Of a stretch of 64,000 nucleotides of DNA, positions 63,001 to 64,000 are shown piece after piece (the first letter of the stretch is position 1; every line of letters starts with the position of its first letter). The translations under genes were made by a program, and so were the position numbers. Location of the stretch: assembly GCA_030390025.1 (NCBI GenBank), contig CM059430.1, forward strand, positions 74,214,001 through 74,278,000. Direction: 5' to 3'. The notes under the pieces were generated by a model. It saw only the letters and a program-made list of their open reading frames with translations, searched no databases and was not told the origin of the DNA. The DNA comes from Squalus acanthias (Eukaryota).

Positions 63001-64000
63001 GAGAGGCAATAAGGGCTGAAAGCTGTATTTTTAATGCATTTAAATTTTCATTAGTTCTGAATGAATTGTCCCTTTAATTCATAGCTCCTATAATTGCCCA
63101 CAACTGCTTGCGAACTCCACAGCCTCGCTCACAGAGGCTGTAAGAAGCAGCAACGCCGACGGTGCACGGGAACTTTGGGTTGGAGGCCTCCATTAACGCC
63201 TACAGTTGAGTGTTGTAAGGTAGATAAGCTCTGCGCTACATATCGCCATCCCCCAGCGCGGATTTTTGCCCAGTCGTGCAGCGGCCATTTTCAGCGGCCG
63301 TAAACTCAAGTTGCCGGTGACACAGGCAATTCTCTTGGCATACACGAACTTTTCCTCCAACACTTCTGGTAAACTGCAGTACTTCATTCAACAAGAGCGG
63401 TTCTTTACATGCGACGGTTACCAGACATCTTAGAGAAATAACCTTCATTTTTGAAAGAAATTGAATATAAATGTATAAAAGTTCATGTAATGTCATGTTA
63501 AGCGTCTCAAGTGCTGTTCATGATGAAGTTGATCACCGAGAGTGCTCACTCTTGACTTAAGTTGCCCTCATCAAATTCAACTAAATTATTTTCTTTTGAA
63601 ACAGAATATTTTTCCACTCAAATGTTGATGTATAATATCTGCAAATCAACAACATTCGCAAGATCAAATGGAAAGACTTGCGGTTTTGACCTCAGATCAC
63701 CACTAAATTATGAGCTTATTTTCCGTTGTGCCGCTTGGTTGAGAAGCTTATGTTGCACGACAAGCTTTTGTCACACATTCTTTGCGGTTGATATTCTTTA
63801 TTCCAAACAGTTACTGCTGTCTGCTGAGTTTTGCACTTTAATTGCAAATGATAGCATCATACACCACAGGAAGAGGTAATTTGGCCCACGGGATCTGTGC
63901 CGGCGCTCTGAAAGCGCTACCAAATAACTCCAATCTATATTCTTGCTCAATAGCTTTGAAAATGTTTCTTTTTTGTGTATTTATCCAATACTGTTTTGAA

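Noticed and set aside
1-64000. CRISPR array, rRNA or tRNA genes
   Set aside because: Vertebrate sequence; no regularly spaced repeat-spacer array or recognisable structural RNA gene was seen.

Overview
Vertebrate genomic DNA, most likely from a cartilaginous fish (inferred from shark-type CR1/HER1 LINE tails, a Deu-domain SINE and shark-like Penelope elements). It is dominated by repeats and has one 302-N assembly gap. Between the repeats, all on the minus strand, lies a tandem cluster of Ig-superfamily receptor genes that the ORF track only partly shows. Their exon order is leader - germline-joined VJ domain - C1-set domain - TM - short cytoplasmic exon - tyrosine-motif exon(s) (ITIM + ITSM). 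This gives an antigen-receptor-like (VJ-C1) ectodomain on a SIRP/PD-1-like inhibitory tail. Gene A (7456-24535) and gene B (48157-58800) have complete exon sets but carry frame/splice lesions. A third V pseudo-exon (gene C) is split by a MITE, and an orphan TM-like exon lies next to it. Gene B's V domain lacks both canonical cysteines, and its tail has a duplicated tyrosine-motif exon. Mobile elements include a young Penelope element (RT + GIY-YIG, 13-bp TSD, three hammerhead ribozymes) nested in a CR1, many CR1/L2 LINE pieces, about 9 copies of GGCC-ended MITEs (probably Harbinger-derived), Harbinger transposase and Myb/SANT remnants, and a probable LTR. All exon models were read by eye and need transcript confirmation.
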